A DNA stretch of 64,000 bases from the human T2T-CHM13v2.0 reference genome, Homo sapiens. A program made the translations under genes and the position numbers. The DNA lies in the NCBI RefSeq assembly GCF_009914755.1, contig NC_060926.1; one strand, written 5' to 3'. How positions within the stretch are numbered: position 1 is the first letter of the stretch; each line of letters begins with the position of its first letter. This document shows positions 37,376 through 51,000 of this stretch, piece by piece. The notes beneath the pieces are model-generated. The model searched no databases and was not told the DNA's origin. It saw only the letters and a list, made by a program, of their open reading frames with translations.

Positions 37376-39905
37376 TGTAGCATCTGGAAGTGGACATTTG
37401 GAGCGTTCTCAGGACTACGGAGCAAAAGGAAATATCTTCCAATAAAAGCTACATAGAAGCAATATCAGAAACTTTTTCATGATGTATCTACTCAGCTAAA
37501 AGAGTTGAACCTTTCTTTTGAGAGAGCAGTTTTGAAACACTATTTTTGTGGAATCTGCAAGTGGATATTTGTCTAGCTTTGAGGATTGCGTTGGAAACGG
37601 GATTACATATAATAAGCAGACAGCAGCATTCCCAGAAAGTTCTTTGTGAAATTTGCATTCAAGTCACAGACTTGAACATTCCCTTTCATAGAGCAGGTTT
37701 GAAACACTCTCTTTGTAGTATCTGGATGTGGACATTTGGAGCGCTTCCAGGCCTATGGTGAAAAAGGAAATATCTTCCCCTGAAAACTAGACAGAAGCAT
37801 TCTCAGAAACTTATTTGTGATGTGCGCCCTCAACTAACAGTGTTGAACCTTTCTTTTGAAAGAGCAGTTTTGAAACACTCTTTTTGTAATATCTGCAAGA
37901 GGATATTTGGATAGCTTTGAGGATTTCGTTGGAAACGGGATTGTCTTCATATAGAATCTAGACAGAAGCATTCTCAGAAGCTTCATTGGGATGTTTAAAT
38001 TGAAGTCACAGTGTTGAACATTCCCTTTCATAGAGCAGGTTTGAAACACTCTTTTTGTAGTATCAGGAAGTGGACTTTTAGAGCGTTCTCAGGACTACAG
38101 TGAAAAAGGAAATATCTTCCAATAAAAGCTAGATAGAAGCAATGTCAGAAAATTTTTCATGATGTATCTACTCAGCTAACAGAGTTGTACCTTTCTTTTG
38201 AGAGAGCAGTTTTGAAACACTCTTTTTGTGGAATCTGCAAGTGGATATTTGTCTAGCTTTGAGGATTGCGTTTGAAACGGGATTACATATAAAAAGCAGA
38301 CAGCAGCATTCCCAGAAACTTCTTTGTGATATTTGCATTCAAGTCACAGACTTGAACATTCCCTTTCATAGAGCAGGTTTGAAACACTCTTTTTGTAGTA
38401 TCTGGATGTGGACATTTGGAGCGCTTTCAGGCCTATGGTGAAAAAGGAAATATCTTCCCCTGAAAACTAGACAGAAGCATTCTCAGAAACTTATTTGTGA
38501 TGTGCGCCCTCAACTAACAGTGTTGAACCTTTGTTTTGATAGAGCAGTTTTGAAACACTCTTTTTGTAAAATCTGCAAGAGGATATTTGGATAGCTTTGA
38601 GGATTTCGTTGGAAACGGGATTGTCTTCATATAAAATCTAGACAGAAGCATTCTCAGAAGCTTCATTGGGATGTTTCAATTGAAGTCACAGTGTTGAACA
38701 GTCCCTTTCATGGAGCAGGTTTGAAACACTCTTTTTGTAGTATCTGGAAGTGGACATTTGGAGCGTTCTCAGGACTACGGTGAAAAAGGAAATATCTTCC
38801 AATAAAAGCTAGATAGAAGGAATGTCAGAAAATTTTTCATGATGTATCTACTCAGCTAACAGAGTTGAACCTTTCTTTTGAGAGAGCCGTTTTGAAACAC
38901 TCTTTTTGTGTAATCTGCAAGTGGATATTTGTCTAGCTTTGAGGATTTCGTTGGAAACGGGATTACATATAAAAAGCAGACAGCAGCATTCCCAGAAACT
39001 TCTTTGTGATGTTTGCATTCAAGTGACAGAGTTGAACATTCCCTTTCATAGAGCAGGTTTGAAACACTCTTTTTGTAGTATCTGGATTTGTACATTTGGA
39101 GCGGTTTCAGGCCTATGGTGAAAAAGGAAATATCTTCCACTGAAAACTAGACAGAAGTATTCTCAGAAACTTATTTGTGATGTGTGCCCCCAACTAACAG
39201 TGTTGAAGCTTTCTTTTGATAGAGCAGTTTTGAAACATTCTTTTTGTAAAATCTGCAAGAGGATATTTGGATAGCTTTGAGGATTTCGTTGGAAACGGGA
39301 TTGTCTTCATATTAAACCTAGACAGTAGCATTCTCAGAAGCTTCATTGGGATGTTTCAATTGAAGTCACAGTGTTGAACAGTTCCTTTCATAGAGCAGGT
39401 TTGAAACACTCTTTTTGTAGTATCTGGAAGTGGACATTTGGAGCGTTCTCAGCACTACGGTGCAAAAGGAAATATCTTCCAATAAAAGCTAGATAGAAGC
39501 AATATCAGAAACTTTTTCATGATGTATCTACTGAGCTAAAAGAGTTGAACCTTTCTTTTGAGAGAGCAGTTTTGAAACACTCTTTTTGTGGAATCTGCAA
39601 GTGGATATTTGTCTAGATTTGAGGATTGCGTTGGAAACGGGATTACATATAAAAAGCAGACAGCAGCATTCCCAGAATGTTCTTTGTGAAATTTGCATTC
39701 AAGTCAAAGACTTGAACATTCCCTTTCATAGAGCAGGTTTGAAACACTCTTTTTGTAGTATCTGGATGTGGACATTTGGAGCGCTTTCAGGCCTATGGTG
39801 AAAAAGGAAATATCTTCCCCTGAAAACTAGACAGAAGCATTCTCAGAAACTTATTTGTGATGTGCGCCCTCAACTAACAGTGTTGAACCTTTCTTTTGAA
39901 AGAGC

Positions 39906-42900
39906 AGTTTTGAAACACTCTTTTTGTAAAATCTGCAAGAGGATATTTGGATAGCTTTGAGGATTTCGTTGGAAACGGGATTGTCTTCATATAGAATCTA
40001 GACAGAAGCATTCTCAGAAGCTTCATTGGGATGTTTCAATTGAAGTCACAGTGTTGAACAGTCCCTTTCATAGAGCAGGTTTGAAACACTCTTTTTGTAG
40101 TATCTGGAAGTGGACATTTGGAGCGTTCTCAGGACTACAGTGGAAAAGGAAATATCTTCCAATAAAAGCTAGATAGAACCAATGTCAGAAAATTTTTCAT
40201 GATGTATCTACTCAGCTAACAGAGTTGAACCTTTCTTTTGAGAGAGCAGTTTTGAAACACTCTTTGTGTGGAATCTGCAAGTGGATATTTGTCTAGGTTT
40301 GAGGATTGCGTTTGAAATGGGATTACATATAAAAAGCAGACAGCAGCATTCCCAGAAACTTCTTGGTGATATTTGCATTCAAGTCACAGACTTGAACATT
40401 CCCTTTCATAGAGCAGGTTTGAAACACTCTTTTTGTAGTATCTGGATGTGGACATTTGGAGCGCTTTCAGGCCTATGGTGAAAAAGGAAATATCTTCCCC
40501 TGAAAGCTAGACAGAAGCATTCTCAGAAACTTATTTGTGATGTGCTCCCTCAACTAACAGTGTTAAACCTTTCTATTGATAGAGCAGTTTTGAAACACTC
40601 TTTTTGTAAAATCTGCAAGAGGATATTTGGATAGCTTTGAGGATTTCGTTGGAAACGGGATTGTCTTCATATAAAATCTAGACAGAAGCATTCTCAGAAG
40701 CTTCATTGGGATGTTTCAATTGAAGTCACAGTGTTGAACAGTCCCTTTCATAGAGCAGGTTTGAAACACTCTTTTTGTAGTATCTGGAAGTGGACATTTG
40801 GAGCAGTCTCAGGACTACGGTGAAAAGGGAATTATCTTCCAATAAAAGCTAGATAGAAGCAATGTCAGAAACTTTTTCATGACGTATCTACTCAGCTAAC
40901 AGAGTTGAACCTTTCTTTTGAGAGAGCAGTTTTGAAACACTCTTTTTGTGGAATCTGCAAGTGGATATTTGTCTAGCTTTGAGGATTTCGTTGGAAACGG
41001 GGTTACATATAAAAAGCAGACAGCAGCATTCCCAAAAACTTCTTTGTGATGTTTGCATTCAAGTCCCAGAGTTGAACATTCCCTTTCATAGAGCAGGTTT
41101 GAAACACTCTTTTTGTAGTATCTGGATGTGGACATTTGGAGCGCTTTCAGGCCTATGGTGAAAAAGGAAATATCTTCCTCTGAAAACTAGACAGAAGCAT
41201 TCTCAGAATCTTATTTGTGATGTGCGCACTCAACTAACAGTGTTGAAGCTTTCTTTTGATAGAGCAGTTTTGAAACACTCTTTTTGTAAAATCTGCAAGA
41301 GGATATTTGGATAGCTTTGAGGATTTCGTTGGAAACGGGATTGTCTTCATATAAACTCTAGACAGAAGCATTCCCAGAAGCTTCATTGGGATGTTTCAAT
41401 TGAAGTCACAGTGTTGAACAGTCCCTTTCATAGAGCATGTTTGAAACACTCTTTTTGTAGTATCTGGAAGTGGACATTTGGAGCGCTCTCAGGGCTACGG
41501 TGAAAAAGGAAATATCTTCCAATAAAAGCTAGATAGAAGCAATGTCAGAAACTTTTTCATGATGTATCTACTCAGCTAACAGAGTTGAACATTTTTTTTG
41601 AGAGAGCAGTTTTGAAACACGCTTTTTGAGGAATCTATAGGTGGATATTTGTCTAGCTTTGAGGATTTCGTTGGAAACGGGATTACATATAAAAAGCAGA
41701 CAGCAGCATTCCCAGAAACTTCTTTGTGATGTTTGCATTCAAGTCACAGAGTTGAACATTCCCTTTCATAGAGCAGGTTTGAAACACTCTTTTTGTAGTA
41801 TCTGGATGTGGACATTTGGAGCGCTTTCAGGCCTATGGTGAAAAAGGAAATATCTTCCCCTGAAAACTAGACAGAAGCATTCTCAGAAACTTATTTGTGA
41901 TGTGCGCCCTCAACTAACAGTGTTAAACATTTCTTTTGATAGAGTAGTTTTGAAACACTCTTTTTGTAAAATCTGCAAGAGGATATTTGGATAGCTTTGA
42001 GGATTTCGTTGGAAACGGGATTGTCTTCATATAGAATCTAGACAGAAGCATTCTCAGAAGCTTCATTGGGATGTTTCAATTGAAGTCACAGTGTTGAACA
42101 GTCCCTTTCATAGAGCAGGTTTGAAACACTCTTTTTGTAGTATCTGGAAGTGGACATTTGGAGCGTTCTCAGGACTACAGTGGAAAAGGAAATATCTTCC
42201 AATAAAAGCTAGATAGAACCAATGTCAGAAAATTTTTCATGATGTATCTACTCAGCTAACAGAGTTGAACCTTTCTTTTGAGAGAGCAGTTTTGAAACAC
42301 TCTTTGTGTGGAATCTGCAAGTGGATATTTGTCTAGGTTTGAGGATTGCGTTTGAAATGGGATTACATATAAAAAGCAGACAGCAGCATTCCCAGAAACT
42401 TCTTGGTGATATTTGCATTCAAGTCACAGACTTGAACATTCCCTTTCATAGAGCAGGTTTGAAACACTCTTTTTGTAGTATCTGGATGTGGACATTTGGA
42501 GCGCTTTCAGGCCTATGGTGAAAAAGGAAATATCTTCCCCTGAAAGCTAGACAGAAGCATTCTCAGAAACTTATTTGTGATGTGCTCCCTCAACTAACAG
42601 TGTTAAACCTTTCTATTGATAGAGCAGTTTTGAAACACTCTTTTTGTAAAATCTGCAAGAGGATATTTGGATAGCTTTGAGGATTTCGTTGGAAACGGGA
42701 TTGTCTTCATATAAAATCTAGACAGAAGCATTCTCAGAAGCTTCATTGGGATGTTTCAATTGAAGTCACAGTGTTGAACAGTCCCTTTCATAGAGCAGGT
42801 TTGAAACACTCTTTTTGTAGTATCTGGAAGTGGACATTTGGAGCAGTCTCAGGACTACGGTGAAAAGGGAATTATCTTCCAATAAAAGCTAGATAGAAGC

Positions 42901-44073
42901 AATGTCAGAAACTTTTTCATGACGTATCTACTCAGCTAACAGAGTTGAACCTTTCTTTTGAGAGAGCAGTTTTGAAACACTCTTTTTGTGGAATCTGCAA
43001 GTGGATATTTGTCTAGCTTTGAGGATTTCGTTGGAAACGGGGTTACATATAAAAAGCAGACAGCAGCATTCCCAAAAACTTCTTTGTGATGTTTGCATTC
43101 AAGTCCCAGAGTTGAACATTCCCTTTCATAGAGCAGGTTTGAAACACTCTTTTTGTAGTATCTGGATGTGGACATTTGGAGCGCTTTCAGGCCTATGGTG
43201 AAAAAGGAAATATCTTCCTCTGAAAACTAGACAGAAGCATTCTCAGAATCTTATTTGTGATGTGCGCACTCAACTAACAGTGTTGAAGCTTTCTTTTGAT
43301 AGAGCAGTTTTGAAACACTCTTTTTGTAAAATCTGCAAGAGGATATTTGGATAGCTTTGAGGATTTCGTTGGAAACGGGATTGTCTTCATATAAACTCTA
43401 GACAGAAGCATTCCCAGAAGCTTCATTGGGATGTTTCAATTGAAGTCACAGTGTTGAACAGTCCCTTTCATAGAGCATGTTTGAAACACTCTTTTTGTAG
43501 TATCTGGAAGTGGACATTTGGAGCGCTCTCAGGGCTACGGTGAAAAAGGAAATATCTTCCAATAAAAGCTAGATAGAAGCAATGTCAGAAACTTTTTCAT
43601 GATGTATCTACTCAGCTAACAGAGTTGAACATTTTTTTTGAGAGAGCAGTTTTGAAACACGCTTTTTGAGGAATCTATAGGTGGATATTTGTCTAGCTTT
43701 GAGGATTTCGTTGGAAACGGGATTACATATAAAAAGCAGACAGCAGCATTCCCAGAAACTTCTTTGTGATGTTTGCATTCAAGTCACAGAGTTGAACATT
43801 CCCTTTCATAGAGCAGGTTTGAAACACTCTTTTTGTAGTATCTGGATGTGGACATTTGGAGCGCTTTCAGGCCTATGGTGAAAAAGGAAATATCTTCCCC
43901 TGAAAACTAGACAGAAGCATTCTCAGAAACTTATTTGTGATGTGCGCCCTCAACTAACAGTGTTAAACATTTCTTTTGATAGAGTAGTTTTGAAACACTC
44001 TTTTTGTAAAATCTGCAAGAGGATATTTGGATAGCTTTGAGGATTTCGTTGGAAACGGGATTGTCTTCATATA
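39906..44073 (+). repeat. In-register tandem duplication, 2,040-bp unit (3 HORs), apparently identical copies
   Basis: ORF pairs 40266/42306, 40946/42986, 41641/43681. Shared tggaaaagga, gtttgaaatgg, tcttggtgat, gagcagtctc, attatcttcc, aagtcccaga, gaatctatag. Confidence 0.96.
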
Positions 44074-47000
44074 AACTCTAGACAGTAGCATTCTCCGAAG
44101 CTTCATTGGGATGTTTCAATTGAAGTCACAGTGTTGAACAGTCCCTTTCATAGAGCAGGTTTGAAACACTCTTTTTGTAGTATCTGGAAGTGGACATTTG
44201 GAGAGTTCTCAGGAATACGGTGAAAAAGGAAATATCTTCCAATAAAAGCTAGATAGAAGCAATGTCAGAAAATTTTTCATGATCTATCTACTCAGCTAAC
44301 AGAGTTGAACCTTTCTTTTGAGAGAGCAGTTTTGAAACACTCTTTTTGTGGAATCTGCAAGTGGATATTTGTCTAGCTTTGAGGATTTCGTTGGAAACGG
44401 GATTACATATAAAAAGCAGACAGCAGCATTCCCAGAAACTTCTTTGTGATGTTTGCATTCAAGTCACAGAGTTGAACATTCTCTTTCATATAGCAGGTTT
44501 GAAACACTCTTTTTGTAGTATCTGGATGTGGACATTTGGAGCGCTTTCAGGCCTATGGTGAAAAAGGAAATATCTTCCCCTGAAAACTAGACAGAAGCAT
44601 TCTCAGAATCTTATTTGTGATGTGCGCCCTCAACTAACAGTGTTGAAGCTTTCTTTTGATAGAGCAGTTTTGAAACACTCTTTTTGTAAAATCTGCAAGA
44701 GGATATTTGGATAGCTTTGAGGATTTCGTTGGAAACGGGATTGTCTTCATATAAACTCTAGACAGAAGCATTCTCAGAAGCTTCATTGGGATGTTTCAAT
44801 TGAAGTCACAGTGTTGAACAGTCCCTTTCATAGAGCAGGTTGGAAACACTCTTTTTGTAGTATCTGGAAGTGGACATTTGGAGCGCTCTCAGGACTACGG
44901 TGAAAAAGGAAATATCTTCCAATAAAAGCTAGATAGAAGCAATATCAGAAACTTTTTCATGATGTATCTACTCAGCTAACAGAGTTGAACCTTTCTTTTG
45001 AGAGAGCAGTTTTGAAACACTCTTTTTGTGGAATCTGCAAGTGGATATTTTTCTAGCTTTGAGGATTTCGTTGGAAACGGGATTACATATAAAAAGCAGA
45101 CAGCAGCATTCCCAGAAACTTCTTTGTGATGTTTGCATTCAAGTCACAGAGTTGAACATTCCCTTTCATAGAGCAGGTTTGAAACACTCTTTTTGTAGTA
45201 TCTGGATGTGGACATTTAGAGCGCTTTCAGGCCTATGGTGAAAAAGGAAATATCTTCCCCTGAAAACTAGACAGAAGCATTCTCAGAATCTTATTTGTGA
45301 TGTGCGCCCTCAACTAACAGTGTTGAAGCTTTCTTTTGATGGAGCAGTTTTGAAACACTCTTTTTGTAAAATCTGCAAGAGGATATTTGGATAGCTTTGA
45401 GGATTTCGTTGGAAACGCGATTGTCTTCATATAAACTCTAGACAGTAGCATTCTGAGAAGCTTCATTGGGATGTTTCAATTGAAGTCACAGTGTTGAACA
45501 GTCCCTTTAATATAGCAGGTTTGAAACACTCTTTTTGTAGCATCTGGAAGTGGACATTTGGAGCGCTCTCAGGACTATGGTGAAAAAGGAAATATCTTCC
45601 AATAAAAGCTAGATAGAAGCAATGTCAGAAACTTTTTCATGATGTATCTACTCAGCTAACAGAGTTGAACATTTTGTTTGAGAGAGCAGTTTTGAAACAC
45701 GCTTTTTGAGGAATCTATAGGTGGATATTTGTCTAGATTTCAGGATTTCGTTGGAAACGGGATTACATATAAAAAGAAGACAGCAGCATTCCCAGAAACT
45801 TCTTTGTGATGTTTGCATTCAAGTCACAGAGTTGAACATTCCCTTTCATAGAGCAGGTTTGAAACACTCTTTTTGTAGTATCTGGATGTTGACATTTGGA
45901 GCGCTTTCAGGCCTATGGTGAAAAAGGAAATATCTTCCCCTGAAAACTAGACAGAAGCATTCTCAGAAACTTATTTGTGATGTGCGCCCTCAACTAACAG
46001 TGTTAAACATTTCTTTTGATAGAGTAGTTTTGAAGCACTCTTTTTGTAAAATCTGCAAGAGGATATTTGGATAGCTTTGAGGATTTCGTTGGAAACGGGA
46101 TTGTCTTCATATAAACTCTAGACAGTAGCATTCTCAGAAGCTTCATTGGGATGTTTCAATTGAAGTCACAGTGTTGAACAGTCCCTTTCATAGAGCAGGT
46201 TTGAAACACTCTTTTTGTAGCATCTGGAAGTGGACATTTGGAGCGCTCTCAGGGCTACGGTGAAAAAGGAAATATCTTCCAATAAAAGCTAGATAGAAGC
46301 AATGTCAGAAACTTTTTCATGATGTATCTACTCAGCTAACAGAGTTGAACATTTTTTTTGAGAGAGCAGTTTTGAAACACGCTTTTTGAGGAATCTACAG
46401 GTGGATATTTGTCTAGCTTTCAGGATTTCGTTGGAAACGGGATTACATATAAAAAGCAGACAGCAGCATTCCCAGAAACTTCTTTGTGATGTTTGCATTC
46501 AAGTCAAAGAGTTGAACATTCCCTTTCATAGAGCAGGTTTGAAACACTCTTTTTGTAGTATCTGGATGTGGACATTTGGAGCGGTTTCAGGCCTATGGTG
46601 AAAAAGGAAATATCTTCCCCTGAAAACTAGACAGAAGCATTCTCAGAAACTTATTTGTGATGTGCGCACTCAACTAACAGTGTTAAACATTTCTTTTGAT
46701 AGAGTAGTTTTGAAACACTCTTTTTGTAAAATGTGCAAGAGGATATTTGGATAGCTTTGAGGATTTCGTTGGAAACGGGATTGTCTTCATATAAACTCTA
46801 GACAGTAGCATTCTCCGAAGCTTCATTGGGATGTTTCAATTGAAGTCACAGTGTTGAACAGTCCCTTTCATAGAGCAGGTTTGAAACACTCTTTTTGTAG
46901 TATCTGGAAGTGGACATTTGGAGAGTTCTCAGGAATACGGTGAAAAAGGAAATATCTTCCAATAAAAGCTAGATAGAAGCAATGTCAGAAAATTTTTCAT

Positions 47001-48029
47001 GATCTATCTACTCAGCTAACAGAGTTGAACCATTCTTTTGAGAGAGCAGCTTTGAAACACTCTTTTTGTGGAATCTGCAAGTGGATATTTGTCTAGCTTT
47101 GAGGATTTCGTTGGAAACGGGATTACATATAAAAAGCAGACAGCAGCATTCCCAGAAACTTCTGTGTGATGTTTGCATTCAAGTCACAGAGTTGAACATT
47201 CCCTTTCATAGAGCAGGTTTGAAACACTCTTTTTGTAGTATCTGGATGTGGACATTTGGAGCGCTTTCAGGCCTATGATGAAAAGGGAAATATCTTCCCC
47301 TGAAAACTAGACAGAAGCATTCTCAGAATCTTATTTGTGATGTGCGCCCTTAACTAACAGTGTTGAAGCTTTCTTTTGATAGAGCAGTTTTGAAACTCTC
47401 TTTTTGTAAAATCTGCAAGAGGATATTTGGATAGCTTTGAGGATTTCGTTGGAAACGGGATTGTCTTCATATAAACTCTAGACAGTAGCATTCTCAGAAG
47501 CTTCATTGGGATGTTTCAATTGAAGTCACAGTGTTGAACAGTCCCTTTCATAGAGCAGGTTTGAAACACTCTTTTTGTAGTATCTGGAAGTGGACATTTG
47601 GAGCGCTCTCAGGACTACGGTGTAAAAGGAAATATCTTCCAATAAAAGCAAGATAGAAGCAATGTCAGAAAATTTTTCATGATGTATCTACTCAGCTAAC
47701 AGAGTTGAACCTTTCTTTTGAGAGAGCAGTTTTGAAACACTCTTTTTGTGGAATCTGCAAGTGGATATTTGTCTAGCTTTGAGGATTTCGTTGGAAACGG
47801 GATTACATATAAAAAGCAGACAGCCGCATTCCCAGAAATTTCTTTGAGATGTTTGCATTGAAGTCACAGAGTTGAACATTCCCTTTCTTAGAGGAGCTTT
47901 GAAACACTCTTTTTGTAGAATCTGGATGTGGAAATTTGGAGCGCTTTCAGGCCTATGGTGAAAAAGGAAATATCTTCCCCTGAAAACTAGACAGAAGGAT
48001 TCTTAGAATCTTATTTGTGATGTGCGCCC

Positions 48030-51000
48030 TCAACTAACAGTGTTGAAGCTTTCTTTTGATAGAGCAGTTTTGAAACACTCTTTTTGTAAAATCTGCAAGA
48101 GGATATTTGGATAGCTTTGAGGATTTCGTTGGAAACGGGATTGTCTTCATATAAACTCTATACAGAAGCATTCTCAGAAGCTTCATTGGGATGTTTCAAT
48201 TGAAGTCACAGTGTTGAACAGTCCCTTTCATAGAGCAGGTTTGAAACACTCTTTTTGTAGTATCTGGAATTGGACATTTGGAGCGCTCTCAGGACTACGG
48301 TGAAAAAGGAAATATCTTCCAATAAAAGCTAGATAGAAGCAATGTCAGAAAATTTTTCATGATCTATCTACTCAGCTAACAGAGTTGAACCTTTCTTTTG
48401 AGAGAGCCGTTTTGAAACACTCTTTTTGTGGAACCTGCAAGTGGATATTTGTCTAGCTTTGAGGATTTCGTTGGAAACGGGATTACATATAAAAAGCAGA
48501 CAGCAGCATTCCCAGAAACTTCTTTGTGATGTTTGCATTCAAGTCACAGAGTTGAACATTCCCTTTCATAGAGCAGGTTTGAAACACTCTTTTTGTAGTA
48601 TCTGGATGTGGACATTTGGAGCGCTTTCAGGCCTATGGTGAAAAAGGAAATATCTTCCCCTGAAAACTAGACAGAAGCATTCTCAGAAACTTTTTTGTGA
48701 TGCGCGCCCTCAACTAACAGTGTTGAAGCTTTCTTTTGATAGATCAGTTTTGAAACACTCTTTTTGTAAAATCTGCAAGAGGATATTAGGATAGCTTTGA
48801 GGATTTCGGTGGAAATGGGATTGTCTTCATATAAACTCTAGACAGTAGCATTCTCAGAAGCTTCATTGGGATGTTTCAATTGAAGTCACTGTGTTGAACA
48901 TTCCCTTTCATAGAGCAGGTTTGAAACACTCTTTTTGTAGTATCTGGAAGTGGAAATTTGGAGCGCTCTCAGGACTACGGTGAAAAAGGAAATATCTTCC
49001 AATAAAAGCTAGATAGAAGCAATGTCAGAAACTTTTTCATGATGTATCTACTCAGCTAACAGAGTTGAACATTTTTTCTGAGAGAGCAGTTTTGAAACAC
49101 TCTTTTTGTGGAATCTGCAGGTGGATATTTGTCTAGCTTTCAGGATTATGTTGGAAACGGGATTACATATAAAAAGCAGACAGCAGCATTCCCAGAAACT
49201 TCTTTGTGATGTTTGCATTCAAGTCACAGAGTTGAACATTCCCTTTCATAGAACAGGTTTGAAACACTCTTTTTGTAGTATCTGGATGTGGACATTTGGA
49301 GCGCTTTCAGGCCTATGGTGAAAAAGGAAGTATCTTCCCCTGAAAACTAGACAGAAGCATTCTCAGAAACTTATTTGTGATGTGCGCCGTCAAGTAACAG
49401 TGTTAAACCTTTCTTTTGATAGAGTAGTTTTGAAACACTCTTTTTGTAAAATCTGCAAGAGGATATTTGGATAGCTTTGAGGATTTCGTTGGAAACGGGA
49501 TTGTCTTCATATAAAATCTAGACAGAAGCATTCTCAGAAGCTTCATTGGGATGTTTCAATTGAAGTCACAGTGTTGAATAGTCCCTTTCATAGAGCAGGT
49601 TTGAAACACTCTTTTTGTAGTATCTGGAAGTGGACATTTGGAGCGTTCTGAGGACTACGGTGAAAAAGGAAATATCTTCCAATAAAAGCTAGATAGAAGC
49701 AATGTCAGAAACTTTTTCATGACGTATCTACTCAGCTAACAGTGTTGAACCTTTCTTTTGAGAGAGCCGTTTTGAAACACTCTTTTTGTGGAATCTGCAA
49801 GTGGATATTTGTCTAGCTTTGAGGATTTCGTTGGAAACGGGATTACATATAAAAAGCAGACAGCAGCATTCCCAGAAACTTCTTTGTGATGTTTGCATTC
49901 AAGTCACAGAGTTGAACATTCCCTTTCATAGAGCAGGTTTGAAACACTCTTTTTGTAGTATCTGGATGTGGACATTTGGAGCGCTTTCAGGCCTATGGTG
50001 AAAAAGGAAGTATCTTCCCCTGAAAACTAGACAGAAGCATTCTCAGAAACTTATTTGTGATGTGCGCCCTCAACTAACAGTGTTGAAGCTTTCTTTTGAT
50101 AGAGCAGTTTTGAGACACTCTTTTTGTAAAATCTGCAAGAGGATATTTGGATAGCTTTGAGGATTTCGTTGGAAACGGGATTGTCTTCATATAAACTCTA
50201 GACAGAAGCATTCTCAGAAGCTTCATTGGGATGTTTCAATTGAAGTCACAGTGTTGAACAGTCCCTTTCATAGAGCAGGTTTGAAACACTCTTTTTGTAG
50301 TATCTGGAAGTGGACATTTGGAGAGTTCTCAGGAATACGGTGAAAAAGGAAATATCTTCCAATAAAAGCTAGATAGAAGCAATGTCAGAAACTTTTTCAT
50401 GATGTATCTACTCAGCTAACAGAGTTGAACCTTTCTTTTGAGAGAGCAGTTTTGAAACACTCTTTTTGTGGAATCTGCAAGTGGATATTTGTCTAGCTTT
50501 GAGGATTTCGTTGGAAACGGGATTACATATAAAAAGCAGACAGCAGCATTCCCAGAAACGTCTTTGTGATGTTTGCATTCAAGTCACAGAGCTGAACATT
50601 CCCTTTCATAGAGCAGGTTTGAAACTCTCTTTTTGTAGTATCTGGATGTGGACATTTGGAGCGCTTTCAGGCCTATGGTGAAAAAGGAAATATCTTCCCC
50701 TGAAAACTAGACAGAAGCATTCTCAGAAACTTATTTGTGATGTGCGCCCTCAACTAACAGTGTTGAACTTTTCTTTTGATAGAGCAGTTTTGAAACACTC
50801 TTTTTGTAAAATCTGCAAGAGGATATTTGGATAGCTTTGAGGATTTCGTTTGAAACGGGATTGTCTTCATATAAAATCTAGACAGAAGCATTCTCAGAAG
50901 CTTCATTGGGATGTTTCAATTGAAGTCACAGTGTTGAACAGTCCCTTTCATAGAGCATGTTTGAAACACTCTTTTTGTAGTATCTGGAAGTTGACATTTG

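Noticed and set aside
41946-42033. Idea that duplication breakpoints target CENP-B boxes
   Set aside because: This junction interval contains a box, but the 3,737-bp and 34.6-kb 1,360-bp junctions do not. With boxes every 340 bp and few events, there is no support.
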